64,000 nt of DNA from Sphyrna mokarran. Taxonomy: Eukaryota. The position numbers were made by a program, and so were the translations under genes. Location: contig JAGIQG010000008.1 of assembly GCA_024679065.1 (NCBI GenBank), positions 97,154,001 through 97,218,000 on the forward strand, read 5' to 3'. A model generated the notes under the pieces. It was not told where the DNA came from and did not search any database. It was given only the letters and a program-made list of their open reading frames with translations. Position 1 is the stretch's first letter, and each line of letters opens with the position of its first letter. Below are positions 1 through 13,300 of the stretch, piece after piece.

Positions 1-242
1 ACCTGGGTCCTAGGTTCGATTCCTGACTTGGGTCACTGCCTGTGCAGAGTCTGAATATTCTCCCCATGTCTGTGTGGGCTTCCTCATTGTGCTTTGATTT
101 CCTCCCCACAGTCTGAAAGACAGGCTGGTTAGGTTCGTTGGCCATTTTAAATTCTCCCTCTGTGAACCTAAACAGGGATTTTCACAGTGATTTCATTGCT
201 GTGTTAATGTAAGCCTACTTGTGACATTAATAAATAAACTTA
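1..242 (+). repeat. HE1-like tRNA-derived SINE
   Basis: B box ggttcgattcc; core ttctccccatgtctgtgtggg..ttcctcc; taataaataaac tail. Confidence 0.8.
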
Positions 243-1067
243 AACTTTAAACCTTTTTTAAAAAATTATTCTGTGTTTGCCAACTAGAAAAGTAGAATTT
301 ATCTATCCTAGTGCAACTGCCATTCTTAACACCTTGGTTAGATAATCCCTCAACCTTTAAATTCAAGGGAGTACAAACCAGGTTAGTACAGACAAATCTC
401 TACTTAAACCTTTTGCCTTTGTATCATTCTGATGATCTAACTGAACCCCTTACAAAATCAATTTACTTTCCCTGAGATTCAGCACTCAAAACTGAACACG
501 TTATCCATATTGGTTTTGACCATGGTCTACAATGAAGCATCATTGCCAAAGTAATCAGAAAACTTTCCCTCAGTAACACATTGACAATCGAAATGCTTTG
601 TAGTCTGTCTGGTTTAATACATGGTACTAGGGCTAATTGAGGAAATAAAACTCTGCAGTTCTCCTCCTTAAACTAAAATTTAGACCTTTGAAATTCCTTA
701 ATACAATTTCAGACTTGTGGTTGGAGTGGCTTGTATTTAGAGACATGTCCGCCTGGTATCTAGCCATATGATGGCATGGGACGTGGATTTAGTGAAAGTA
801 TCCTTCCATGATTTATAATTTATCTTTACATGTACGTTCAGTCTGTTTTCAGAGGTTTGAAGCAAACAGTTGCTGAGATGAGGATTAGATGCAAATAATT
901 AAGCTGTAAAATAAACACAGAACAGTTGTTGTCACTCATCTTTGCGTGAGGCAAAATAATGAATGCACTATTTTTCCCCACGTCATTATATCATTTTACT
1001 TGGCTTAAGCAAAATCAAATACTCCACTCCACTACAAAGTGGAGCACATCCTGCAGCCTTTGCTGGA

Positions 1068-2000
1068 CTAGATGCATTATGAAGGGTATAGATAGAGCGA
1101 ACAGTGGGAAGCTTTTTCCCAGGTTGGATGCGAAAATCATGAGGGGTCAAGGTGAAAGGGGCAAGGTATAATTCAGATTTTAGAGGGAAGCTTTTCACAC
1201 AGAGAGTTGTGGGGGCCTGGAATGTGCTGCCAAGTAGGGTGGTGGAGGCAGACACGTTAGGGTTGTTTAAGGCTTATCTAGATAGGCACATGAGCAGACT
1301 AGAGATGGAGAGATACAGAAGAATGATCTAGTTGACAATCACGGGCCTCAGGACGTTCCTGGGAATTAATAGATTCGTATCGGCCGTCCAACAAATTTTA
1401 TGGCTCGCCTGTCTCTTACGTTGGAGCTATTGAGGATCTTTTATTAATGCCTGCATAGGCTGTTGTATGTTTATTGATGTCTCTTTACATCCACAGGCAA
1501 TTTGGTCCACCTTGTTGGCCAACAAGGGGCATACACATGGTGGGTCATGCAAGGGCTGCTCTTGGATGTTGCTCCAAGAGTTGCCCAGTGCTTCACATCA
1601 TTAGTGTACGCTTAAGTTGAACCAATTGATGGGCAACACGACAGCTCAGTGACTATCACTGTTGTGCAGTTACAGGGACCCGGCTCGGATCTCCGGCTTG
1701 GGTTGATGTCTGTGGGAGTTCGCACAGTCTCCCCATGCTTGCTCTGGTTTCCTCCCGCGACCCAAAAATGTGCTTTTAGGCTAATGGGTGTTAATAAATT
1801 GTCCCTAAATTGGATCTCCCTTAATCTGGCGCAAATACAATTCCTTAAATTTGCACCCCTTTATTGTGGAGTCCACAAGATGTAGACAAAAGTCTTAGGT
1901 AGAAGAAGGATTGGAATGAGACACTCACTGAGTGTTAAAATGCGCGGCGCTGGCTTGTGGAGATGAAGGGCCTGTTTCTTGTGCTGTGTTGTTCTTTGTT
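1068..2000 (+). mobile_element. CR1-type LINE 3' fragment with a long 3' UTR
   Basis: IMKGIDR..LFP.. and FTQRVVGAWN-type ORF2 end; SINE-like segment; tail gaagggcctgtttcttgtgctgt. Confidence 0.75.
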
Positions 2001-2136
2001 TTTGCCTCTCTGTGAAGGGAAAGCCTGCCATTTCCCTTGTCATGTGATCTGGACTTGACAATGCCAGGTACAATTTTTGCCAGATGTTTATTGAATTCCG
2101 TTCATTTCTTACTGTCTACTGTCTGTTGAGAAAGCA

Positions 2137-4849
2137 TGAGGTACAGATGCCGGCGTTGGATTAGGGTGGTAAGAACTCAGTAAGAATTTAGCAACACCAA
2201 TTTATAATCCACCCGATTTATTTGATAGTAAAAAAGCGAGCTTTCGACTCTTGTGTCTTCTTCAGGCAAATGCAGTGTTCTGGTGTGCAATAGCACACGT
2301 CAGCACAGACAGTCAGAGATTGCTGATTAGAATGCGAATCCTTACATCTAACCTGCTATTGAAGTGTTAAAGTGGCGAACAATGTGTGTGAAGGGAATGC
2401 TGAGCATTGTTGGAGAATTGTGTATTTTCTCCAGACAGCACAGTAAGTGAGGTTTTTTGCTAACCCAGGCAAGTTACGGGGGTTACAGATAGTGTGTCAT
2501 GAAGCCAAGATCCCTGTTAAGACCGTCCTCATGTGTGCGGAGCTTGGCTATCAGTCTCTGCTCAGCGACTCTGCGCTGTCGTGTATCACGAAAGCCCCCT
2601 TGAAGAACATTTACCCGCAGGTCGGAGGCCGAATGCCCATGACTGCTGAAGTGTTCGCCCACAGGAAGGGAACTGTTTTGCCTGGTGATTGCTGAGCGAT
2701 GCTCGTTCATCTGCTGTCGTAGTGTCTGCATGATCTCCCCAATATACCATGCTTCGGGACATCCTTTCTTGCAACGTATTAGGTAGACGACGTTGGCTGA
2801 GTTGCAAGTGTACGTACCGTGTACCTGGTGAATGGTATCCTCACGTTTGATGATGTCGTCCATGTCTATGATCTGGCATGTCTTGCAGAGGTTGCTGTGG
2901 CAGGGTTGTGTGGTATTGTGGTTACTGTTCTCCTGAAGGTTGGGTAGTTTGCTGTGAACAATGATCTGTTTGAGGTTGTGCGGTTGTCTGAAAGCAAGAA
3001 GTGGGGTGGGTGGGGATGGCCCTAGCGAGATGTTCATCGTCATCAATGATATGTTGAAGATTCTGGAGAAGATGTTGTAGCTTCTCTGCTCCAAGGAAGT
3101 ACTGGACAACAAAGGGTACTCTGTCCACCGTGTCCCGTGTTCATCTTCTGAGGAGGTCAGTGCGGTTTATCGTTGTGGCACGTTGGAACTGTCGATCGAT
3201 GAGTTGAGCGCCATATCCTGTTCTCACGAGGGCATCCTTCAGCGTCTGGAGGTGTCTGTCACGATCCTCCTCATCTGAGCAAATTCTGTGTATACGGAGG
3301 GCTTGTCCATAGGGAATGGCTTCTTTAACGTGTCTAGGGTGGAAGCTGGAGAAGTGGAGCATTGTGAGGTTGTCTGTCGGTTTGCGGTACAGTGAGGTGC
3401 TGAGGTGACCGTCCTTGATGGAGATGCGTGTGTCCAAGAATGCAACTGATTCTGGAGAATAGTCCATGGTGAGTCTGATGGTGGGATGGAACTTGTTGAT
3501 ATCATCATACAGTTGTTTCAATGATTGTTCACCATATGATGATATCAACAAGTTCCATCCCACCATCAGACTCACCATGGACTATTCTCCAGAATCAGTT
3601 GTATTCTTGGACACACGCATCTCCATCAAGGACGGTCACCTCAGCACCTCACTGTACCGCAAACCGACAGACAACCTCACAATGCTCCACTTCTCCAGCT
3701 TCCACCCTAGACACGTTAAAGAAGCCATTCCCTATGGACAAGCCCTCCGTATACACAGAATTTGCTCAGATGAGGAGGATCGTGACAGACACCTCCAGAC
3801 GCTGAAGGATGCCCTCGTGAGAACAGGATATGGCGCTCGACTCATCGATCGACAGTTCTGACGTGCCACAACGATAAACCGCACTGACCTCCTCAGAAGA
3901 CGAACACGGGACATGGTGGACAGAGTACCCTTTGTTGTCCAGTACTTCCCCGGAGCGGAGAAGCTACGACATCTTCTCCGGAATCTTCAACATATCATTG
4001 ATGACGATGAACATCTCGCTAGGGCCATCCCCACCCACCCCACTTCTTGCTTTCAGACAACCACACAACCTCAAACAGATCATTGTTCGCAGCAAACTAC
4101 CCAACCTTCAGGAGAACAGTGACCACAATGCCACACAACCCTGCCACAGCAACCTCTGCAAGACATGCCGGATCATAGACATGGACGACATCATCAAACG
4201 TGAGGATACCATTCACCAGGTACACGGTACGTACACTTGCAACTCAGCCAACGTCGTCTACCTAATACGTTGCAAGAAAGGATGTCCCGAAGCATGGTAT
4301 ATTGGGGAGACCATGCAGACATTACGACAGCAGATGAATGAGCATCGCTCAGCAATCACCAGGCAAAACAGTTCCCTTCCTGTGGGCGAACACTTCAGCA
4401 GTCATGGGCATTCGGCCTCCGACCTGCGGGTAAATGTTCTTCAAGGGGGCTTTCGTGATACACGACAGCGCAGAGTCGCTGAGCAGAGACTGATAGCCAA
4501 GCTCCGCACACATGAGGACGGTCTTAACAGGGATCTTGGCTTCATGACACACTATCTGTAACCCCCGTAACTTGCCTGGGTTAGCAAAAAACCTCACTTA
4601 CTGTGCTGTCTGGAGAAAATACACAATTCTCCAACAATGCTCAGCATTCCCTTCACACACATTGTTCGCCACTTTAACACTTGAATAGCAGGTTAGATGT
4701 AAGGATTCGCATTCTAATCAGCAATCTCTGACTGTCTGTGCTGATGTGTGCTATTGCAGACCTGAAGAAGACACAAGAGTCGAAAGGTCGCTTTTTTACT
4801 ATCAAATAAATCGGTTGGATTATAAATTGGTGTTGCTAAATTCTTACTG
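2137..4849. mobile_element. Penelope-like retroelement: two 5'-truncated copies in inverted (head-to-head) orientation, RT C-terminus plus GIY-YIG endonuclease
   Basis: Near-identical 209-aa ORFs at 2483-3112(-) and 3932-4561(+) with NVVYLIRC..YIGET..R..EH; RT C-terminal FLDTRI/LYRKPTD/HP..K.AIPYGQALRI; TSD TGTTGAGAAAGCA at 2124-2136 and 4850-4862. Confidence 0.92.
2233..2270 (-). ncRNA. Putative minimal hammerhead ribozyme in the Penelope terminal repeat (mirror copy at 4762-4795, + strand)
   Basis: CTGAAGA-aGAC acaaga GTC-GAAA-GC tc GC-TT matches the CUGAnGA / stem II / GAAA / short stem III pattern; stem I is uncertain. Confidence 0.5.
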
Positions 4850-5079
4850 TGTTGAGAAAGCAACCACCTTTTGCATTTAAGCACCTCGTTTTTATGTATT
4901 TTAGCAAGTATCTGTCATCAAGAATTCTGCTCAGAATGATTGTAAATATATTAAAACATGATATCTTGTGCACCATTACCTCTGGAGTTACTCCATCTAT
5001 CCTGGGCACAATCTTTTCCTCATCTATATGTTGCTTAAGTAATGCCATGTCTTTGTCTACGTGTATACTGATGACAACC

Positions 5080-6215
5080 AGCTGTACACTGCCATCACTT
5101 CTCTGAACTCCTACACTGTCGCTGTCAGCATGCTTGTCTCACATCTAGTCAGGGATAGGCTGCAGTTTGTTCAAATTGGACATTAGTAAAACAATGCGGT
5201 GGTACATTTACCTCAATTGGATCTTTTTTACACTTTCTTCTGTTTCGGGTTGAATCAGACTGTTCATAATTGCAGTATCTTATTCTAATCTCAGCTGAAC
5301 TTTGGACCCATATCTCTTCATTCCAAAGACTGCCTGCTTCCACAACTGTAATATTCTCAATCTCTAGCTAGATGTCATTTGTTTTCAAAAGCCTCAACCA
5401 TGCTTTTGTCAATTTCCATACTCAACTATTCTAAAAATACTCTTTATCCGCTCACAGTTCATTGAAAGCTCTGTTGTCCAGAATCCAACTTTTTAAAAAA
5501 TTCATTCTTGGGATCTGGGCACTACTGGCTGGCCAGCATTTATTGCCCATCCCTGGTTGCCCATGGAGGGTAGTTGAGAGTCGAACCACACTGCTGTGGC
5601 TCTGGAGTCACGTGTATGCCAGACCAGGTAAGGATGGCAGATTTCCTTCCCTAAAGGGCGTTAGTGAACCAGATGGATTTTTCCGACAATCGACGGTGGT
5701 TTCATGGTTATCAGTAGATTCTTAATTCCAACTTTTTAAAATTTGAATTCAAATTTCACCATTGCCAAGGTCCTCAGAACATTAGCTGAGTTTCCTGGTT
5801 AATATTTAGCAGTAATACCACTTGGCCATCACCTCCTCTACCACCAAATCCAGATGATTAATTACTCTTATGCTTACCAACCTACTTTGGTCCTTGGCTC
5901 TCCAAAACCCTTAATTTACAATTCCTGTTCATCAGACCCTTCACAGAGTTACCCCTTTAGATAATCCTTCCAATTTTGCCCTTGTGCAGTCACCACTCTT
6001 TTTGCCCTACTGTTGGCTACTGAATCTTCAGTTCTTTAAGCCCTTACTTCTAGAATGTGCTTCCACACCTTCCTTGTGCTTTCTCACCTTTTAAATAGCT
6101 TGCTAAAACCTACTTTTTCTGTTCACCCTATCAAATATTTCCTCTTTGTCTTGGATTAAATTTTGATTGTGCTACTGTGAAGCACTTGGAATGCTTACTG
6201 TTTTGAAAGTGTGAC
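5080..6215 (+). mobile_element. Decayed L2-type LINE 3' part, interrupted by a SINE
   Basis: gatgacaaccagctgtac (DDxQLY-like); 3' tail ctgtgaagcacttggaatg. Confidence 0.45.
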
Positions 6216-6231
6216 ATAATTTTGGTTTGCA

Positions 6232-6515
6232 CTAGGTTAGCTTTACAGCACTAGAGACCAAGTTTGATAACTGCCTTGTGTGACTGTGTGTAGTTTGCAC
6301 ATTCTCCCCTTGTCTGCATGGATTTCTTCCAACAATCCAAAACATGCAGGTTAGGTGGATTGCTAAGCTAAATCAGCCTTATTGTTTAAAGATGGTAGAT
6401 TAGTGGGGTAAATACATCGGGTTAAAGGCATAAGACTTGGGTACGGTATTCTGTCAGAGAGTCAGTGCAGACTCAATGGGCTGAATGGTCTCCTTTTACA
6501 CTATAGGGATTATGT
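6232..6515 (+). repeat. HE1-like SINE with a CR1-like tail
   Basis: tttgcacattctcccc..ggttaggtggattg..tgggctgaatggtctcct. Confidence 0.7.
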
Positions 6516-6945
6516 GATAAATGCTAGATGTTGTTAGGATGGCTGAAGTGACAAAGTGCTTTGCTCATGAGTATTATGTGCAAGACTAAATATTAAAGAT
6601 GCATAGCATCGTTATCAAGTTCTTCATTTAAAAAATGGGTTAAAGGGATGTGGGGAGGTGAATTTGAGACCAGGAAGAGATCAACCATGATCTGATTGAA
6701 TGGTGGGATAGGCTTAAAGGGCTAAATTGCCTACTTCTACTCCTAATTCCTATATTCTTTTGTGAATATTAGGAAATCTCCCAATGAAGTTGTTTAGTCA
6801 GTTAAAGGAATGATATGTGTGTTTATGAAAGGAATAACTTCAGCATCACTGACTTACAACAATTGAACAAGTGATCATTTTGACTTTGTTTTGCTCTACT
6901 ATTATGAATTTTATATACTGATAACTTTGGTCTTAATTTTTGCAG

Positions 6946-7308
6946 AGCAAGGTGACCTGATTGTGTCAATGAATTCAAGAACTGAGAAAGCTATCGTAAA
7001 TAAAGATGTGCTTCTCGAATGCCGAGTATCTGGTTACACGACAGAAATTGATCTTAAAAATGTGGGAGTCCAGTGGTTCTACCAAAGATTTGGTGCTCCC
7101 GATACGCAAAGAAGAGAGGTATATCAGTTCACTAGTGGAAAGCATACGCCGTATAGAAAAGGAGCAGTAATATTTGATGATGAGCTGAAGAAAGGAATTG
7201 CTTCCCTTTTTCTTCCAAGCGTGCAGTTTGCTGAAGAAGGAGATTACACTTGTGTTGTTTTTATAACCCCAGATACTGGAAGTGGAAAATCATCAATGAC
7301 TGTTTCAG
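6946..7308 (+). CDS. Gene A IgV exon (B7-H6-like)
   Basis: tttgcag|AGCAAG...TCAG|gtagga; [47 protein letters not shown] with both Cys, the Trp and DYTC. Confidence 0.93.
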
Positions 7309-10300
7309 GTAGGAGTCACTAACAATGATTTCTTTCTTTGCTCGTGTAATCTGTTGAATTGCGACTGTGTTAAAGTTAGTACTAGGTCAGCCAAGAGTAG
7401 TCAATAATGTAGTACACACACTAGCGTGATATCCAAAATCCAGCAGCTCTGGGATTGAGACTATGGGATTTCAGGCTTTCCTGGGCAAATAGTCAAACCA
7501 CAAGCAGCTCAGTAAAGACTTTTAGTTGGTAGACTAGAGGTAGCCTGGAAATGCATGTCAGTAACCAAGAAGGTAGTGGTCAGAAATGGGGACAATCATT
7601 CTTTCTGGGTGACTCTTAAATGGCAATACATTTAGACCTATAGTGCTTTGAAAGTAGGGCCAACTTAAGGAGAAAAACTTGATTCCTTATGAAATTTCGT
7701 TAGGGAATTGTAAAGCTGGATGCTAACTGTTGTTTAGTTGCTGGAAGATTTACAAAACAATTGTGGTGTGCGAGTGACACATAGCACTGCGTGGCTACCA
7801 ATGTTGATTGAAATGTGCAATTTTGGCAAGCTGAGGTGGTGCCGCAATCATCAAATGTGTTCTGCTTTCATGTTAATAGATCTATTGAAATGTGTGATTG
7901 AAAAGAATAGAGTATTCTCTATTAGAGTATAAGGAGAGATTGCAAGAAGTTAGCCATGAACCAAAGATCTATTCAATGTCACCACCAAGTCTCCTAAAAT
8001 ATCAATTCCAATCAGAAAGGTACTGTTTACAATTGGAAAACATTTTTTTTTAAGTAAACTGGAGCATATTGTCAGAAACAGATCGCTGTCATTGTCATAA
8101 AGGAGACTTGCTTTGCAGAGCAATTGGATTGCAAAAGACTTTGACTATTTCTCTGGCTTTGACAGTACTAACTTGGACTTAATTGCTGATGGTTTAAAAT
8201 TTGAAGCCTGTTTTCAAAAGATTAAACATTTGGTTAATATTGTTGCTGTGTACCTTTTTGTATGTGAAATATACAGTTTTCAAATATAGTGATCTGATCG
8301 TCACAAGTTTGGCAAACACCAAAATTCGTTTGGACAACATTGATCCACTAGAATCACGGAACTTATTTTTGTTTGAAAAAGTACTTCAACTTACTAATTA
8401 GACAGAACAAAACTATTGCATCAGCACTAACAAAAATGCCACACTTTTAATTGGATCAGATCTTTTGCTGTTTGAATGCTAAAAATGGAACTTGAATTAT
8501 TTGTATGGATATTTGAGAAACCCATGTTGAACCAATACAATGCAACCCTCACATATATAGATGCAGCTGTTACATGTTGTGAACATCTGTCTTTCCCTCC
8601 TCCCCTCTGCATCGCCACCACCCTCAGATTTGGTACCATCATCCTGAAGCTAAATGCACTCCTCAGTATACTCAGCCAATGTGTTGAATTTCTTCGAGTG
8701 AGACGGAACTTGTTTTTGGCTAGAATGAAGACCGCCTTATACGAAAGCATACAGCAAAATTTTATCAGGGCCTAGATGGTCTGCACAGTTATTTTCAATT
8801 ATGCAAGAAGTTTAGAGAGAATTTTTGAGAGTTCTCAACTCTCCCAGGCGATTCCATGAATTTGTGTGAATGGGCATTTATATATAGTAATACGCAAGGC
8901 ACCGTAATTGGATAAGATTGGCTGATGGGCTACTGGGGTTTTTCTGTCCAAAATTATTCATATGTCAACATGCTCAGTTCTAAAATCAAGGTAGCATTTC
9001 AAATTTGGTGTGTTCTTTCATTAAGTTTATTTAGCAAAAATATTAGTGTACCAGCAGGCTACCCATATTGTTGATTTAGAGGAATTTTAATACAGGGGAA
9101 AGAGGTACACAAGATCTTCCAAAGGAATTGAGATCAAGTAGCCAAGTAATTGTGTTTTCCTTTATGCATGGAAAATAAAACAACTTCTTACTGCAAGTTA
9201 GAAAAATGTTATCCCCGTATATAATGGTTGCATGTAAATAGTTAAATTGAGCATAGCATGGAAAGAGAAAACTCGTTAATTAACAGCAACATACTGTGCA
9301 CTGTTATACTGCATTATTTTTCTTTGAATAAAACAGTGAAATGGGAGCATTCTGAAATATTGGTTTTCTTAGGGTAGAGACACCTAAATATCCTATACTT
9401 TGTCCATGTACTACTTTTTCCCACACATTGCATTTCCCTCCTTTTGTGAGGAAAGGACATTTTAACTTTTTTATTTCAATGTGAGCAGTCATTACATGGT
9501 CATATTATGTGAAAGAGTGAAAAAAGATTGAACATTTGTTATATTGATTTTCACAGCCCTACCAAAGGTGAGCTTATCCTCAACTGCAATCACAATTGAG
9601 AATGGTACAGAGAAGTCAGTGAAATGTGTCAGTTCTGGTTTTTATCCTGTCTCAATTGAGCTGAATTGGAAACAGAAAACAAAAGATGGGGAGCAAATCC
9701 TTTCAAAACACATCTGTACAGAATCCCCAGTTAAAAACGTTGATGGGACCTACAATGTTTCTAGTCACTTGAGGTTGCGTCCAACTCTTCAAGACAGTGG
9801 CAATGTTTATGTATGCTACGTAAACCACCGATCACTTAATGAAGCTTTGCAATTGAAGACCCAACTGACTGTCGAAGGTAAGTTAAATATTTTTAAGTAC
9901 TTGCACATGAAGTATGCTTTGTATTAAAAAAATCAGATACAAAATGAATTTGTATCAAAATGTACATTTAAGTTTAATATATTAATTAGAGACTCTTCTA
10001 CATTTTGGGTTGAATGATGCTGGTGAAAATGGCAAATGGAAATTTCAGATGAATGTAATAAGTATTTATTGTCTTAATTTCAGGCGGAAGAGTTTTTTTG
10101 TTCATGTATTCTAAACTGAAACATCAATGCCCCGATTGTTTTGGGTTCCTATCAGAGTTACTAATCTGAATTAAATGACCCCTGTTGAAGGTTTGTGCTT
10201 GAGTTATTTAAGAAAGACTTAGATGGGCACATGAACAGAATGGGAATGGAGGGGTATAGAAAACTGATTTAAAATAGGGACCATGAGCCTTGGGAGTCCC

Positions 10301-13300
10301 AGGGAACTGTGTAAATAGATGATGATATTGATGTACTTGTTTTTATTCTACAGGTGCTTTGGTTCACCTTGTTGTCTAACAAGGGGCATACACGCGATGG
10401 GTCATGAGAGGGCTGCTCTTGGATTTTTCGAGAGTATCCTAGTGCTTCACGTCGTTAGTGTATGCTTGATCTGGACCATTTGATGGGCAACATGACAGCT
10501 CAATGACTATCGCTGTGCTGTGCAGATACATGGATTTGGGCCTGTGCGCAAACTCCCACAGACATTCTCCCCGTGCTGCGTAGGTTTTCTCCAGGTGCTT
10601 CAGTTTCCTCCCACATCCCAAAAATGTGCTCTTAGGCTAATTGGCAAAACAAATTTTCCCTAAATTGTTTCAAATTTTGTTTTTTAATCCATAGATCTAT
10701 AAACATAAACAGGGATCACGGGTAGAGGTGGGAATATCGGGGTGGTGGCGCGGGCTCGTTGGGCCGAAGGGCCTGTTTCCCGTGCTGTTTTATTCTTTGT
10801 TCTGAAGTTTGATGGCAGTATGGAGTCTGATGAAAGTTCTCCATAACTAAACAGTCTATCCAAACTGAGTGTCAACTTTGTATCAGCAATGGCTGCTTTA
10901 CTGATGCGTTAGATGATAACTAGAACGTGTGGAACTTTCTGAACAAACTTGATGAGGGGAAAAAAACATAAGTGTGCAGAGCAGTTCAATAATTCTGATT
11001 ATATTGATTTACAGAAAAGATTTGTGTTTTATTGTTGCTGGTAATCAAAGTGACTTTTATTTGTGAGGTGTGTGCATTGTTTATACTCAGAGCGAATTGT
11101 CTAAGTTTAAATAATTTCCAGCAGCAAGTGTTTGTAAATTTAAAAATTATTTACTGTCTTACTCTTACCCTGAGTTTTAACACAATGGCTGGAGTTCTGT
11201 GGCCTCCCATCAATGGATTTCTCTGGAGCGAAATGTGGCACGATGTTAGCTAGCACAGGACCAGTTGGTCCTACTGCTGTCAATGGGATTTCCCCATTGT
11301 CCCCACTCAGTGTCGCCAGGAAACCTGTGGTTTTGTTGTGTGCCTGATGTTCATAATGGTTTATTTGTCAGGCATACAACCTGAGAAATTCCACATAGTT
11401 TCCAGCCCCTCAGTGTACGGTGACTGAAAGGCCCTAGAGAACAGTCTTTTCCCATTGTGTGTGTGCAATGGCCGATCCAAGCTCATGGTCCTGGGCCTTA
11501 GAATGTGCAGCCTGCAATACTTGATAAGGACCACTCTTTGCCCTGAAAGGTAGGTTGTTTTGGGCAGACCAATGAGGGCCTTTCACCAAGTTGATGGTCT
11601 TGCACTTGTGTGTGCGTTGCTGAAAACAGGCTACAGAATAGTGGTCTTCAACTGGTGTGCTACAGAGGCATGTTGATGTGCCATCAGAACTCTAAGTGTG
11701 CCTTGAGGGTTTGTACAAAGGTAATGAAAATCAATGTAAACCAAATGTATTATTTCATCTTAAATAATATTCAATCTAACAAAATTACAAGTTGTAAAAC
11801 TGATCAAAATTTATCATAAAATACTTAAAAAATGAGAAACTGGTTTTTCAATTCTAGAATGTGAGCATTCTAAATGCAGGTGGCCAAATGGTGAAATTGA
11901 GATGCCGTGATAGTTTTTACTAGTCACCGTAGAAACCAAGCAATGCCGTTTGTATCCTTTTTTTTTGTTGATGGTAAAACAAGACAAAAAAAAGCTATAA
12001 AACACACAGCAAAATTAGTCATATCTGCTGGATCAATTTTATATCCCTTGATCTAAGGAGTAATGGATCAGTTTGATTCCTTTGCTTATTCAGTTCATAA
12101 AGCAAAAAGATGAAATTCAGGCATCTGAATTGAATGCTGTGAGAGGAACAGATTTAGGACTATGAATAGTTAGAAATAGTTGAGTTGAGCAGATTCTGAA
12201 AATGTGCCTATGCTCACTGTTGAAGATAGTATATTCTCCAAAACATAAATGCATTTGATTCTCATTCAGCTTGTTGTATGCACTATGTTATGAACCTCTC
12301 CGGTAAGACTGTAACCATAGTAAATATGATGTTTATGAACAATTGATCCTACTGAAAAAATTGGGTATGCAGTAGGATTGTTTGTCTCGTTGAAGTGTGC
12401 CATGTTATTGAAAAAGTTGGGAACCACTGCCATAGAGCACCAAGTCCTGTGTGATGGAACTGCTTGGAAAAAAGCTCTGCATAAATCACTGTATCTTTCT
12501 CTGGGCCTTTGCAGAGGCCCATTCTGCAAGAAAGTAGAGTGACAATCTCTTTTCCCCATCACAGCCTTGGTCTTTTCAAATGTGCTTTCTCATGGTGATT
12601 ATCATCAGAATAACTTCTGCTGTTACTTTTAAACAGATGCTAAGTGATTGGTCATGTGTTGTCAAGCTGAACTTAATTTCATTCTTAATATCGTTCGTAC
12701 TGAACTTGGATTTCATTCTTAGGTGTAACTTTAATGTTAATCATATAGCTGTGATATTCTGTGACTTGTATTTCGGTGTTCTCAGTTCCCCAGCCTGGGA
12801 AAACAATTCTGTGTCTACCCTGTCAAGTTCTCTTTGAATCTTGTATGTTTTAATAAGATCATCTTTCATTCTTTTAAACTCCAATGAATATAGGTTCAAT
12901 TTCTTAGGCTTTCATCATCTCTCATGTGGTTCCAGACCAGTGAACCTTTGCTGTACTATCTCCATTTTTATATCTTTGCATAAATTTGGAGACCAAAACT
13001 GCACACAGTTTTCCAGGTGGATTCTCACCAAAGCATAATACAGAAATGGCAAACCTTCTTTATTATTGTATTCCAATCCCTCTACGATAAAGATCAACGT
13101 ACAATTTGTCTTTTTATGCATTAATTGCCAGGAAATCCGGTCTGAAAACTTGACTGTGCATCTGGAGACATGCACAGTCAAGTTTTTGGTCAGAGCTTGA
13201 TACTGACAAATTTTGATAAAATTCTATCTTTTGCCTTGAAAGATAACAAAATAGCCTAAATGGTTAAAACAAGGCAAAGCCTTTAGTCCAAGTGTATGCC

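Noticed and set aside
1963-2058. Signal-peptide-like ORF MKGLFLVLCCSLFLPLCEG as leader of gene A
   Set aside because: It overlaps a CR1 3' tail. There is no GT after GAAG, and the nearby phase-1 donor (CTCT|gt) would create TAG when joined to the V exon.
2447-4597. Duplicate short ORFs (82, 89/94, 68/69 aa) as separate genes
   Set aside because: They are antisense or alternative frames of the Penelope palindrome; the 68/69-aa frames are part of its frameshifted ORF.
6891-6945. Hydrophobic N-terminus MLYYYEFYILITLVLIFA of the listed ORF as a signal peptide
   Set aside because: It starts at TTG and is just the T-rich acceptor region of the intron.
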